Shown piece after piece: positions 24,701 to 32,000 of a stretch of DNA of 32,000 bases. The position numbers were made by a program, and so were the translations under genes. This stretch comes from Chitinophaga pinensis (GTDB lineage Bacteria > Pseudomonadota > Gammaproteobacteria > Burkholderiales > SG8-41): the NCBI GenBank assembly GCA_943329075.2, contig CALQCM020000007.1, positions 1 to 32,000 on the forward strand, written 5' to 3'. The first letter of the stretch is position 1. Every line of letters begins with the position of its first letter. Below the pieces are notes generated by a model. It saw nothing but the letters and a program-made list of their open reading frames with translations. It ran no database searches and was not told where the DNA came from.

Positions 24701-27700
24701 AGCATTGGTACAACGCAACCCTTGCACCGGTTCGGGCAACAACGAGGGCGCGAACGTCGCCTACGGCGTCAAGCGCATGGGCAGCAATGCGAGCGATACC
24801 CCCGATTACAACAACCGCTCGGGACTGATCACCGCCATCAACAACGTCGTGGCGCAGGCACGCACGCCGCTGACTGAATCGGTGTATGAGGCCTACCGCT
24901 ACTTCAGCGGCCGCACGCCGAAATTCGGCACCTCCAATGTTCCGGCATCCGTCGGCACGGTGAGTGCGGGACGCGATACGTCGGTCATCTGCACATCCGC
25001 AGCCGCCGGATCCGGCTGTACCGCAATCGGCGCCTACAAATCGCCGATGCTGAACAATCCGAACACAACTTCACCGGCCGGCTGTCAGAAGAACTTTATT
25101 GTGCTGCTGACCGACGGTGGCCCGGAGGACGATTGGAGCGCAAACGCCGACATCAAGAGCATGAGCTGGAGCGGGCCGCTGGGCGTCATAGCGCCACGCA
25201 CCGGGATCGACGCCACACAGGGCGACACCACCACCGATCAGATCGAAGCCTCGGCCAATACGCCTTTCGGCCCGCAGGATATTGCCAGCACGGCGTTTGA
25301 CAACGGCTATATCTGGCTCGACGAACTGGTTTACTTCATGGGCAATGCCGATATCAGCCCGCGCGCCCGCAACTTCACCACGGACAGCGGCACCGACACC
25401 ATCGCCGGCCGCCAGTCGGTCAATACCTACACGATCGGCTTTGCAGGGGCGAATTCACCCGTTCTGCAAAACGCGGCACTGCGCGGCAACGGCGTCTACT
25501 ACACCGCCGACAACAGCGCGGCGCTTTCTGCGGCACTTCTGGCAGCGCTGGCGGCGATCGTCAACTGGAACCCGACCGTCGCAGCGCCTACCGTGCCGAT
25601 CTCGGCGCTGAACCGCTCGGAAAATGCGACTGATGTTTATCTCGCGTTCTTCCAGCCCGACCCGTCTTCAGCATGGCTGGGAACGGTCAAGAAGTTCCAG
25701 TTGAGCCAGTACCCGAACAACGGCGATGCGGCAATTTGCGGCGCCGGCGTCGGACTGTGCCTGATCGGGCAAACCTCTTTGACCAAATCGGCACCAAACC
25801 CGTCGCCGACCCGCAATATTGAAACCGTGGTCGTCGACACCATCACCGGCATCAGTCAATCACAGGTCGACATCAACGCCTCGAGCTTCTGGGCGCCGTC
25901 GTCGGTAACCGATGGCAGCCATCCGGACCAGGGCGGCAGCGGCTACCAATTGGTGAACAACACCTCGACGCTGACGCCGAATACCCGCAATGTCTACACC
26001 TTCCTGACCAACGCTGCAGCCCTGCAGAACGGCAACTCCGGGAGCGTGGTTGATCTGACCAATACCGCCAACAAGGTGCACTTCAGCAATGCTTCGAATA
26101 TTTCGAAGTGCCGGCTTGGCGATGTCGCGGCGTGCGGCGGAACCGCGACCATGACCGCCGCCCAGCAGGAAACGCTGATTAACTGGATACGCGGCGGCGA
26201 CACGGCAACCACTGCCAATTGTAGCGACGGCACGTCGTCGACCTGCACGACCTGGCGTACCTGGCCGCATGCCGACGTGCAGCACTCGAAACCGGCAATC
26301 GTGACTTACCAGGCAAGCACGCCAATCATCCAATACATGTATTACGTGCAGAACAACGGCCTGCTGACCGCCATTGACACCGCGACCGGTATTGAAAAAT
26401 GGTCGTTCATGATCGAGGAGGCGCTGCCGAAGATCTCAAGCATGACGGCTGACGCCGCCGGGCAGCAGATCGACGTCGCCGACGGCACACCGACCATCTA
26501 TGTGGAGGACGTCAACGGTGACGGCAACATCACCGGCACCGACAAAGTATGGCTGTACTTCGGCCTGCGCCGCGGCGGTCGCGTATATTATGCGATTGAC
26601 ATTACACAACCAGACAGCCCGCAATTCGGCTGGAAGATCGATGCCAATTCGACCCCGGCGAAGATTTGCCTGGGGAATGGCGTTTGCTCCAACGCGTCGC
26701 AATACAATGAACTGGGGCAAACCTGGTCAAACCCGTTCGTTGGCAAAGTCCGCGCCAACACCAGTCCGGTGCTGATCTTTGGCGGCGGCTATGACGCTGC
26801 CGAGGACACGCTGCCACCGGGCGCACGCACGATGGGTCGCGCGATTTTTGTGGTTGATGCATTCACCGGAAGTCTGGTGCAGTCCTGGGGCACCGGGCAA
26901 GCGGGCACTTTCCTCGGCAGCGGCGCGGCATCGATGATTTATCCGATCCCGTCGGACGTCACGGCGCTGAATACCGACCTTGACTCCCAGGGCTTCCTTG
27001 ACCGCCTGTATGTCGGCGACACCTGGGGCAACGTCTGGCGCTTCGACGTCGACGATGCGAGCGTAAGCAATTGGCGCGGCAAATTGCTGGCAACCCTGTC
27101 GAGCGACATCTCGACGGGCGAACGGCGCAAGATTTTGTTCCAGCCGGCCGTGGTGAAACAAAATTCGCCCTTCCGCTTCGATGCGGTTTATGTCGGCACG
27201 GGTGATCGCGAACACCCGCTCTGCCTGACCGCGAATCAGGTAACGCCAACCGTCATGTCGAACTCATGCTCATTGTTCGCGCCCGCCAACAAGATGTTCA
27301 TGGTGATCGATCCCGATTACGGCCTGAGCGCAAGCAATACCTCTCCGGTCCTGGTCTCCGACCTGTCGCAGCGGCTGACCACCGACCTGGTCACCAATAC
27401 CTCGAATACCATCCTCAATACCAGAAAGGGCTGGTACCGCGATTACGACAACGGCGAAAAGAGTGCGAATGCACCGACCGTCTTCAGCCAGCGTCTGCGC
27501 TTCGGCACTTACGCCCCGCTTGGCCAAAGCAACGGCGCCTGCGTGCCGCCGGGCGAAGGCCGGCTGAATGAAATCGACGCCATCACCGGCGATCTGGTGC
27601 CCATCAACGGTTCGGTCACGCAGGCTTCGGACCGCTACTACTCGACGTTTATCACACACGGCTACATATCCACCGGCCAGTTGATCGTGCAAGGCAAGAA

Positions 27701-27803
27701 CATTTACCACATCGTGGTGTCCGACTCGCGGCTGCAGTCGGTGCTGGTCGGCAGCATGGGATCAGCGACCAAGATTTACTGGTACATGGAACCCGAACAA
27801 TAA
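21735..27803 (+). CDS. pilY1: giant PilY1-family pilus tip adhesin, ~2020 aa (VWA domain with large insertions plus C-terminal PilY1/PilC beta-propeller)
   Basis: The start is the ATG at 21735, or the GTG at 21747 with GAGG 6 nt upstream. Signal peptide: KKRNLFSKSIAWLLITTLVNPALMAPAFS. MIDAS motif: IMIVLDTSDSM (~21909). Later VWA segments are YSVNYLNWKFG...IRFGLTVFN (~24120-24270), NFIVLLTDGGPEDD (~25090-25130) and NTYTIGFAG. Propeller motifs are DVNGDGNITGTD (~26510) and TDLDSQGFLDRLYVGDTWGNVWRFD (~26975-27050). The 89 codons upstream in the ORF track overlap pilX and are not coding. Confidence 0.85.
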   Translation: MRSVVKKRNLFSKSIAWLLITTLVNPALMAPAFSRDTDIFLSTTTGSTTAEPNIMIVLDTSDSMNLPEAWREYSGTYDSHIEYLWNDINVISSTEQTTESGTKISTADATSVAHPVSPYGFWAGATLADRRAIWNAARIYANATQGGDPGARSTWRNYSEGSPSYPALSNYYWLPAGTSDSDPLLRSPSFNRFRGYQSSITGTRGGLIFPGTTDYSSLNACSASQGSLIASTVFRPSATPRNAGVYPNDQWFRWEPYAVLDAQNVAVYPGSQTVTNGYIQGYLDSSILPPGSWSPLPASRPARDNTGGTNASSQGQPIRLRNAVNSGATWRNVAADLGGYEFQSYVNGLSGSILQSLRGTYAYTLLAAVGAAGTVPAERFSAWLGNRDALPNFEKSTGTPAYYDATSSPLTACDPLTGPGSGTCINVTTGGSANITLTKTRACTYNAGLTELDASGTTRRYNGTCTGAAVVNVCGVDITCSGDTNGVAYPNYSDVANPAPCTATTVKQNTFININYQSCAWSPARSSVAVAACAWSAARTSVYVEGQGYYYYGGTCTENSSTSSCTAGGSTLTVNSVSRPNVMGPYTTDTAGNKALGCTNALAAGTYYYGSTCQGNNVNVGTTLRGGTPPGSPLPGATGPATANCTISGTTASQTIRGTAYANTVLNNATNGCNNNAQNNQTCSVRGGYGGVQCDNPTAATACPAVQTSLTGGGTSATNNYYLVANQSATTTNLVHDCKADAPAANGGAYMRGGTLRTFATAYNTTNTDASATASYTTVAGNSVNYDSDKNIDVYSVNYLNWKFGPKGPNGDPIGRKTRLQIAKDALSGLVQNTDGIRFGLTVFNKTASCSATTGSITAGTNQLTVDDATQFTVGDPISIGGANATGAVLNSVVTAVSGTTYTIATSTTNLTTTGNMTAGSHSLTAVGTVTGYAIGQSIKVAGAGVAGADLVVNITNISGSTFTLGGATAGTTVAGAVVSIAAGTTVSGALVQRNPCTGSGNNEGANVAYGVKRMGSNASDTPDYNNRSGLITAINNVVAQARTPLTESVYEAYRYFSGRTPKFGTSNVPASVGTVSAGRDTSVICTSAAAGSGCTAIGAYKSPMLNNPNTTSPAGCQKNFIVLLTDGGPEDDWSANADIKSMSWSGPLGVIAPRTGIDATQGDTTTDQIEASANTPFGPQDIASTAFDNGYIWLDELVYFMGNADISPRARNFTTDSGTDTIAGRQSVNTYTIGFAGANSPVLQNAALRGNGVYYTADNSAALSAALLAALAAIVNWNPTVAAPTVPISALNRSENATDVYLAFFQPDPSSAWLGTVKKFQLSQYPNNGDAAICGAGVGLCLIGQTSLTKSAPNPSPTRNIETVVVDTITGISQSQVDINASSFWAPSSVTDGSHPDQGGSGYQLVNNTSTLTPNTRNVYTFLTNAAALQNGNSGSVVDLTNTANKVHFSNASNISKCRLGDVAACGGTATMTAAQQETLINWIRGGDTATTANCSDGTSSTCTTWRTWPHADVQHSKPAIVTYQASTPIIQYMYYVQNNGLLTAIDTATGIEKWSFMIEEALPKISSMTADAAGQQIDVADGTPTIYVEDVNGDGNITGTDKVWLYFGLRRGGRVYYAIDITQPDSPQFGWKIDANSTPAKICLGNGVCSNASQYNELGQTWSNPFVGKVRANTSPVLIFGGGYDAAEDTLPPGARTMGRAIFVVDAFTGSLVQSWGTGQAGTFLGSGAASMIYPIPSDVTALNTDLDSQGFLDRLYVGDTWGNVWRFDVDDASVSNWRGKLLATLSSDISTGERRKILFQPAVVKQNSPFRFDAVYVGTGDREHPLCLTANQVTPTVMSNSCSLFAPANKMFMVIDPDYGLSASNTSPVLVSDLSQRLTTDLVTNTSNTILNTRKGWYRDYDNGEKSANAPTVFSQRLRFGTYAPLGQSNGACVPPGEGRLNEIDAITGDLVPINGSVTQASDRYYSTFITHGYISTGQLIVQGKNIYHIVVSDSRLQSVLVGSMGSATKIYWYMEPEQ

Positions 27804-27818
27804 GGCAGCGACCGGTTC

Positions 27819-27851
27819 AAAAATCCCCGTCCGTGTGGCGGGGATTTTTTT
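27819..27851. terminator. bidirectional rho-independent terminator between pilY1 and ispH
   Basis: Perfect 11-bp stem AAAAATCCCCG / CGGGGATTTTT with a 9-nt loop. There is an A-run 5' and a T-run 3'. It lies 15 nt after the pilY1 stop and 60 nt after the ispH stop. Confidence 0.85.
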
Positions 27852-27911
27852 GTCTGTGCTTTGGGGAAACAACCGGGGAAAACAAGGCGCGGCGGACACG
27901 CCGCGAAAAGC

Positions 27912-28838
27912 TCAGACCGCGGCGAGGTTCTTCGGCAGCGGAAACGTGACGCGCTCGGTGATGCCGTCGAGTTCCGAAACCGCGGTGGCGCCGAATTCGC
28001 GCAGGCGCGCGACGACTTCCTGCACCAGCACTTCGGGTGCCGAGGCGCCGGCGGTAACGCCGACGCACCGGCTGGCGGCGACCCACTCCTGCTTCAACTC
28101 GCGCGCGTTGTCGACCATGTAGGCGGCCACCCCCTGGTTCGCGGCGACTTCACGCAAACGGTTCGAATTCGAACTGTTCGGCGAACCAACCACGATAACC
28201 ACATCGCATTGCTGCGCCAGTGCCTTGATTGCATCCTGGCGGTTTTGTGTGGCATAGCAGATGTCGTCTTTGCGCGGGCCGGCGATTTGCGGAAAACGCA
28301 CGCGCAATGCGGCGATGATCTGGCTCGCGTCGTCGACCGACAGCGTGGTCTGCGTGACGAAGGCGATATTGTTTTCATCGGTCACCTGCAGCGCGGCGAC
28401 GTCGGCCGGCTTTTCGACCAGATACATGCCGCCCGTCGACTGCCCCATCGTGCCTTCGACCTCGGGATGCCCGTGGTGCCCGATCATGACGATCTCGCGG
28501 CCGAGTTCGCGCAGCTTGGCGACTTCGACATGCACCTTGGTCACCAGCGGGCAGGTCGCATCGAACACGCGCAGCCCGCGTGCATCGGCATGCTGGCGCA
28601 CCGCCTGCGACACGCCGTGGGCGCTGAAAATCACCGTGCTGCCGGCCGGCACGTCATCGAGTTCTTCGACGAAAACGGCGCCCTTGGCACGCAAATCGTC
28701 GACGACGAATTTGTTGTGCACCACTTCATGGCGCACATAGATCGGCGCGCCGTGGATCGACAGTGCACGCTCGACGATTTCAATGGCGCGGTCGACGCCG
28801 GCGCAAAAGCCGCGGGGTTTGGCGAGTAAGACTTGCAT
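27912..28838 (-). CDS. ispH: 4-hydroxy-3-methylbut-2-enyl diphosphate reductase IspH (LytB)
   Basis: 308 aa. It contains [42 protein letters not shown] and [10 protein letters not shown]. The conserved Cys ligands are present. Confidence 0.9.
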   Translation of the reverse strand: MQVLLAKPRGFCAGVDRAIEIVERALSIHGAPIYVRHEVVHNKFVVDDLRAKGAVFVEELDDVPAGSTVIFSAHGVSQAVRQHADARGLRVFDATCPLVTKVHVEVAKLRELGREIVMIGHHGHPEVEGTMGQSTGGMYLVEKPADVAALQVTDENNIAFVTQTTLSVDDASQIIAALRVRFPQIAGPRKDDICYATQNRQDAIKALAQQCDVVIVVGSPNSSNSNRLREVAANQGVAAYMVDNARELKQEWVAASRCVGVTAGASAPEVLVQEVVARLREFGATAVSELDGITERVTFPLPKNLAAV

Positions 28839-28891
28839 GGGGCGGAATTATAGCCGAAGCCCTGCCGACGACTGTGAAACGGCAGGCCGGA

Positions 28892-29353
28892 TCAGGATTT
28901 GGACGGAGCGCGCAGGCTATCCCACACCATCAGCACGGCGCCGCAGGTGATCGCCGAATCGGCGACGTTGAACGCCGGCCAGTGCCAGCCGACCGCATGA
29001 AAATCGAGAAAGTCGACCACGGCGCCGACCCAGACGCGGTCGATCAGATTGCCGAGTGCCCCGCCCAGAATCAGGCTGAGGGCAAGACAAAACATCGTTT
29101 CTGCCGCCTGGCGGCGCAGCAGAAAGACGATCCACACCGAGGCAATGACGGCAATGCCGATAAAAAAACCACGCTGCCAGCCTGCCGCACCGGCGAGAAA
29201 ACTGAAGGCGGCACCGGTGTTATGCACCAGAACAATGTTTAAAAATGCAGCGATCTCGACGCTGCAACCGTCGGCCAGCCATTGCGTGATGAAATACTTC
29301 GACGCCTGGTCGAGAACAATGCAGAGCGCTGCGATGCCGAGCCAGCGGCTCAT
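28892..29353 (-). CDS. lspA: lipoprotein signal peptidase II LspA
   Basis: The start was moved to the ATG at 29353, which overlaps the ileS TGA (ATGA). Motifs: [27 protein letters not shown] and WPAFNVADS. Confidence 0.9.
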   Translation of the reverse strand: MSRWLGIAALCIVLDQASKYFITQWLADGCSVEIAAFLNIVLVHNTGAAFSFLAGAAGWQRGFFIGIAVIASVWIVFLLRRQAAETMFCLALSLILGGALGNLIDRVWVGAVVDFLDFHAVGWHWPAFNVADSAITCGAVLMVWDSLRAPSKS

Positions 29354-32000
29354 GCGTGCACGCGCGGTTCCCCGTCCCCGAAGAGGTTCGCCACGCAGCG
29401 GCCGCAGATATCCGCATGCGCGGCAGCGGCGCCGACATCCGCGCGATAGTGCCAGCAGCGTTCGCATTTGGTGTAGGTGGTCGCGCTGACTTTCACCGTC
29501 ACGCCTTCGAGTGCTGTCGCCACCGCGGCGGCATCGCCGCCCCGGTTGACCGTGGCGCGCGAGGTGATGAAAGCAAAACGCAGATCGTCGTCAAACGAAC
29601 TCAACAGCGCATGATTTTCACCATCGGCGTATAGATCGACCTCGCCGGCGAGCGATGAACCGATCTTGCCGGCGATGCGCAGGTCTTCGAGCAACTTCAG
29701 CACATCGGAACGCAGCGCGCGCAGTTTCTGCCAGCGGCCGCGCAGATTTTCGGCGTCTTTGGGCGCCGGGAACTGATACCACGTCTGTTCGAACACACTG
29801 CTGTCCGCGCCGTGGAGCGTTTCCCACACTTCGTTCGCGGTAAACGACAGCACCGGCGCCATCAGGCGCACCAGCGTCTGCGTCATGTGATACAGCGCGT
29901 TCTGCGCCGAACGCCGCGCGCGGCTGTCGGCGCCGGCGGTATACAGGCGGTCTTTCAAGACGTCGAGATAAAACCCGCCGAGATCCTCCGAGCAGAAGGC
30001 CTGCAGTTTCTGCACGACGTTGAGAAACTCGTAACGGCCGTAATAGCCCGGCGACTGCGGTTCTTTTGAGCCCATCTCCGAGGGCACCATCGCCGCCTGC
30101 AGATCCTGCGTCATCACCCACGCATAACGGTCGATTTCGAGCCATTCATCGACCGGCAGCGCGTGCGCCTTGGGCTCGAAGTCGGCGATATTCGCCAGCA
30201 GGAACCGCAGTGTATTGCGAATACGGCGGTAGGATTCGACCACGCGCTTCAGAATCTCATCGGAGATCGACAGCTCGCCCGAATAGTCGGTCTGCCCGAC
30301 CCACAGGCGCAGGATGTCGGCGCCCAGCGTATCGAGCACTTTTTGCGGCGCGATGACATTGCCCATCGACTTCGACATCTTGCGGCCCTTGCCGTCGACG
30401 ACAAAGCCGTGCGTCAGCAACGCGCGGTAAGGTGCGACACCGTTGATCATGCAGGAGACCAGCAGCGAGGAATGAAACCAGCCGCGGTGCTGGTCCGAAC
30501 CTTCAAGATACAGATCGGCGGGAAACTGCAGCACATCCTGGTGCGAACCGCGCAACACCGTTTCATGCGTCGAGCCCGAATCGAACCAGACATCCAGCGT
30601 GTCGCGGATTTTTTCGTACTGATCGGCCTCGGCACCGAGCAGCTCGTTGCTATCGACCTGCTGCCACGCCTCGATGCCGGTGTGCTCGACGCGTTTGGCG
30701 ATGGTTTCCAGCAATTCAAGCGTGCGCGGATGCAGCTCGCGCGTTTCCTTATGGATGAACAGCGGCATCGGCACGCCCCACTGGCGCTGGCGCGAGAGCG
30801 TCCAGTCCGGGCGGTTGGCGATCATGCCGTGCAGGCGCGCCTTGCCCCAATCGGGGTAAAACGTAGTCGCTTCGACGCCACGGAGTGCCGTCGTGCGCAG
30901 CGTTTCGGCCGGCTTCACGCCGCGATAACCGGGCACCGCCTCCATGCCGGCGAACCACTGCGTGGTGGCGCGGTAAATGATCGCCGACTTGTGGCGCCAG
31001 CAATGCATATAGCTGTGCAGTTCGGCCTGCTCGTGAAACAGCGCGCCCTTCTCACGCATCGTTTCGACGATCTGCGGATTGGCCTTCCAGATATTCAGCC
31101 CGCCGAACAGCGGCAGCGCTTCGCTGTAACGCCCGTTGCCCTGCACCGGCGTGAGGATTTCATCGTCCTTCATGCCGTGCGCGCGGCAGGAGTTGAAGTC
31201 TTCGATGCCGTACGACGGCGCGCAATGCACGATGCCGGTGCCGGTTTCGAGCGTCACGTATTCGGCGAGATACACCGGTGAGCTGCGCTCATAAAACGGA
31301 TGACCGAAGGCGATTTTTTCCAGCGCGCTGCCCTTGCAGGTTGCAACGGCCTTGCCCTCAAGGCCATAGCGCTGCAGGCATGCTTCTTTGCGATCGGACG
31401 CCAGAATCAAATAGCCCTTCGCGGTCTCGACGAGGCTGTATTCGAATTCGGGATGCGCATTCAACGCCTGGTTTGCAGGCAACGTCCACGGCGTGGTGGT
31501 CCAGATGACGATCCAGCCCGGCGCATCTTTGAGCGTGATGCCGCCGAAGGCTTTGCCGATGGCCGCAAAGTCGCGAAAACTGAAACCGACGTCGACCGCA
31601 GTGTCCTTGCGATCGATGTATTCAACCTCGGCCTCGGCCAGCGCCGAGCCGCAATCGAAGCACCAGTTCACCGGTTTCAGACCGCGGTAGACGTAGCCCT
31701 TCGCGATCAGCTTGCCGAGCGCGCGGATCTCGTCGGCTTCGTTTTTGAAATTCATCGTCAGGTACGGGCGGTCCCATTCACCGAGCACGCCGAGGCGAAT
31801 GAAGTCGGCATGCTGGCGCTCAATCTGCACTGCGGCGTAAGCGCGCGATTTCTGCTGCACTTCGGCGACACCGAGTCCCTTGCCGAATTCTTTTTCGATC
31901 TGAATTTCGATCGGCATGCCGTGGCAGTCCCAGCCCGGCACATAGGGTGCATCGAAACCCGACAGCGATTTCGATTTGACGATGATGTCCTTGAGGATCT
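29350..32000 (-). CDS. ileS: isoleucine--tRNA ligase IleS, partial (N-terminus beyond right edge)
   Basis: The frame is open to position 32000 (...[18 protein letters not shown]). The KMSKS loop is present ([10 protein letters not shown]). The C-terminal zinc cluster is CERCWHY...CGRC. The stop is at 29350-29352. Confidence 0.9.
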   Translation of the reverse strand, partial: ILKDIIVKSKSLSGFDAPYVPGWDCHGMPIEIQIEKEFGKGLGVAEVQQKSRAYAAVQIERQHADFIRLGVLGEWDRPYLTMNFKNEADEIRALGKLIAKGYVYRGLKPVNWCFDCGSALAEAEVEYIDRKDTAVDVGFSFRDFAAIGKAFGGITLKDAPGWIVIWTTTPWTLPANQALNAHPEFEYSLVETAKGYLILASDRKEACLQRYGLEGKAVATCKGSALEKIAFGHPFYERSSPVYLAEYVTLETGTGIVHCAPSYGIEDFNSCRAHGMKDDEILTPVQGNGRYSEALPLFGGLNIWKANPQIVETMREKGALFHEQAELHSYMHCWRHKSAIIYRATTQWFAGMEAVPGYRGVKPAETLRTTALRGVEATTFYPDWGKARLHGMIANRPDWTLSRQRQWGVPMPLFIHKETRELHPRTLELLETIAKRVEHTGIEAWQQVDSNELLGAEADQYEKIRDTLDVWFDSGSTHETVLRGSHQDVLQFPADLYLEGSDQHRGWFHSSLLVSCMINGVAPYRALLTHGFVVDGKGRKMSKSMGNVIAPQKVLDTLGADILRLWVGQTDYSGELSISDEILKRVVESYRRIRNTLRFLLANIADFEPKAHALPVDEWLEIDRYAWVMTQDLQAAMVPSEMGSKEPQSPGYYGRYEFLNVVQKLQAFCSEDLGGFYLDVLKDRLYTAGADSRARRSAQNALYHMTQTLVRLMAPVLSFTANEVWETLHGADSSVFEQTWYQFPAPKDAENLRGRWQKLRALRSDVLKLLEDLRIAGKIGSSLAGEVDLYADGENHALLSSFDDDLRFAFITSRATVNRGGDAAAVATALEGVTVKVSATTYTKCERCWHYRADVGAAAAHADICGRCVANLFGDGEPRVHA

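Noticed and set aside
27861-28829. 322-aa plus-strand ORF
   Set aside because: It lies entirely antisense to ispH, whose product has clear family motifs. It is Arg/Gly/Asp-rich, as expected for a shadow ORF in high-GC DNA.

Overview
The window has six blocks. No rRNA genes or CRISPR arrays were seen. GC values are by-eye estimates from a few lines, not computed. (1) 1 to ~190 is GC-rich DNA carrying the 5' end of an unidentified minus-strand ORF. (2) ~190-3641 is an AT-rich accessory block of roughly 35-40% GC. It has three minus-strand ORFs for membrane or Cys-rich proteins, then a ~640-bp ORF-poor patch with G/C homopolymer tracts. It has no integrase. (3) 3642-13139 is a ~9.5-kb integrative island in the 3' end of tRNA-Thr(CGU) (13094-13169, minus strand). 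It is bounded by a 46-nt direct repeat of the tRNA 3' half, and a 422-aa tyrosine integrase sits next to the tRNA. Its mid-GC backbone is of unknown function: a clamp-loader-like AAA+ ATPase, a 188-aa catalytic-domain-only tyrosine recombinase, and iteron-like repeats. Its AT-rich cargo encodes small membrane and zinc-ribbon proteins punctuated by a recurring 23-nt hairpin. (4) 13.2-18.3 kb is GC-rich host DNA (roughly 60-65% GC) that looks like a gene graveyard. It holds a Ser/Thr kinase-HDOD gene with a 13-bp tandem duplication and an apparently inverted segment. It also holds a cheV 3' stub, an intact cheY, a cheZ 5' stub, a fliD 3' fragment, and a Fur-wHTH/coiled-coil/GGDEF ORF cut inside the GGDEF motif. 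(5) 18.3-27.8 kb is a type IV pilus minor-pilin operon, pilE-fimT-pilV-pilW-pilX-pilY1. Its PilY1 is about 2020 aa, and the VWA domain is interrupted by large Cys/Thr/Gly-rich insertions. (6) 27.9-32.0 kb holds ispH, lspA and a partial ileS. The host is probably a GC-rich beta- or gammaproteobacterium, inferred from gene content and synteny only. The least explained biology is the island backbone and cargo, and the giant PilY1.
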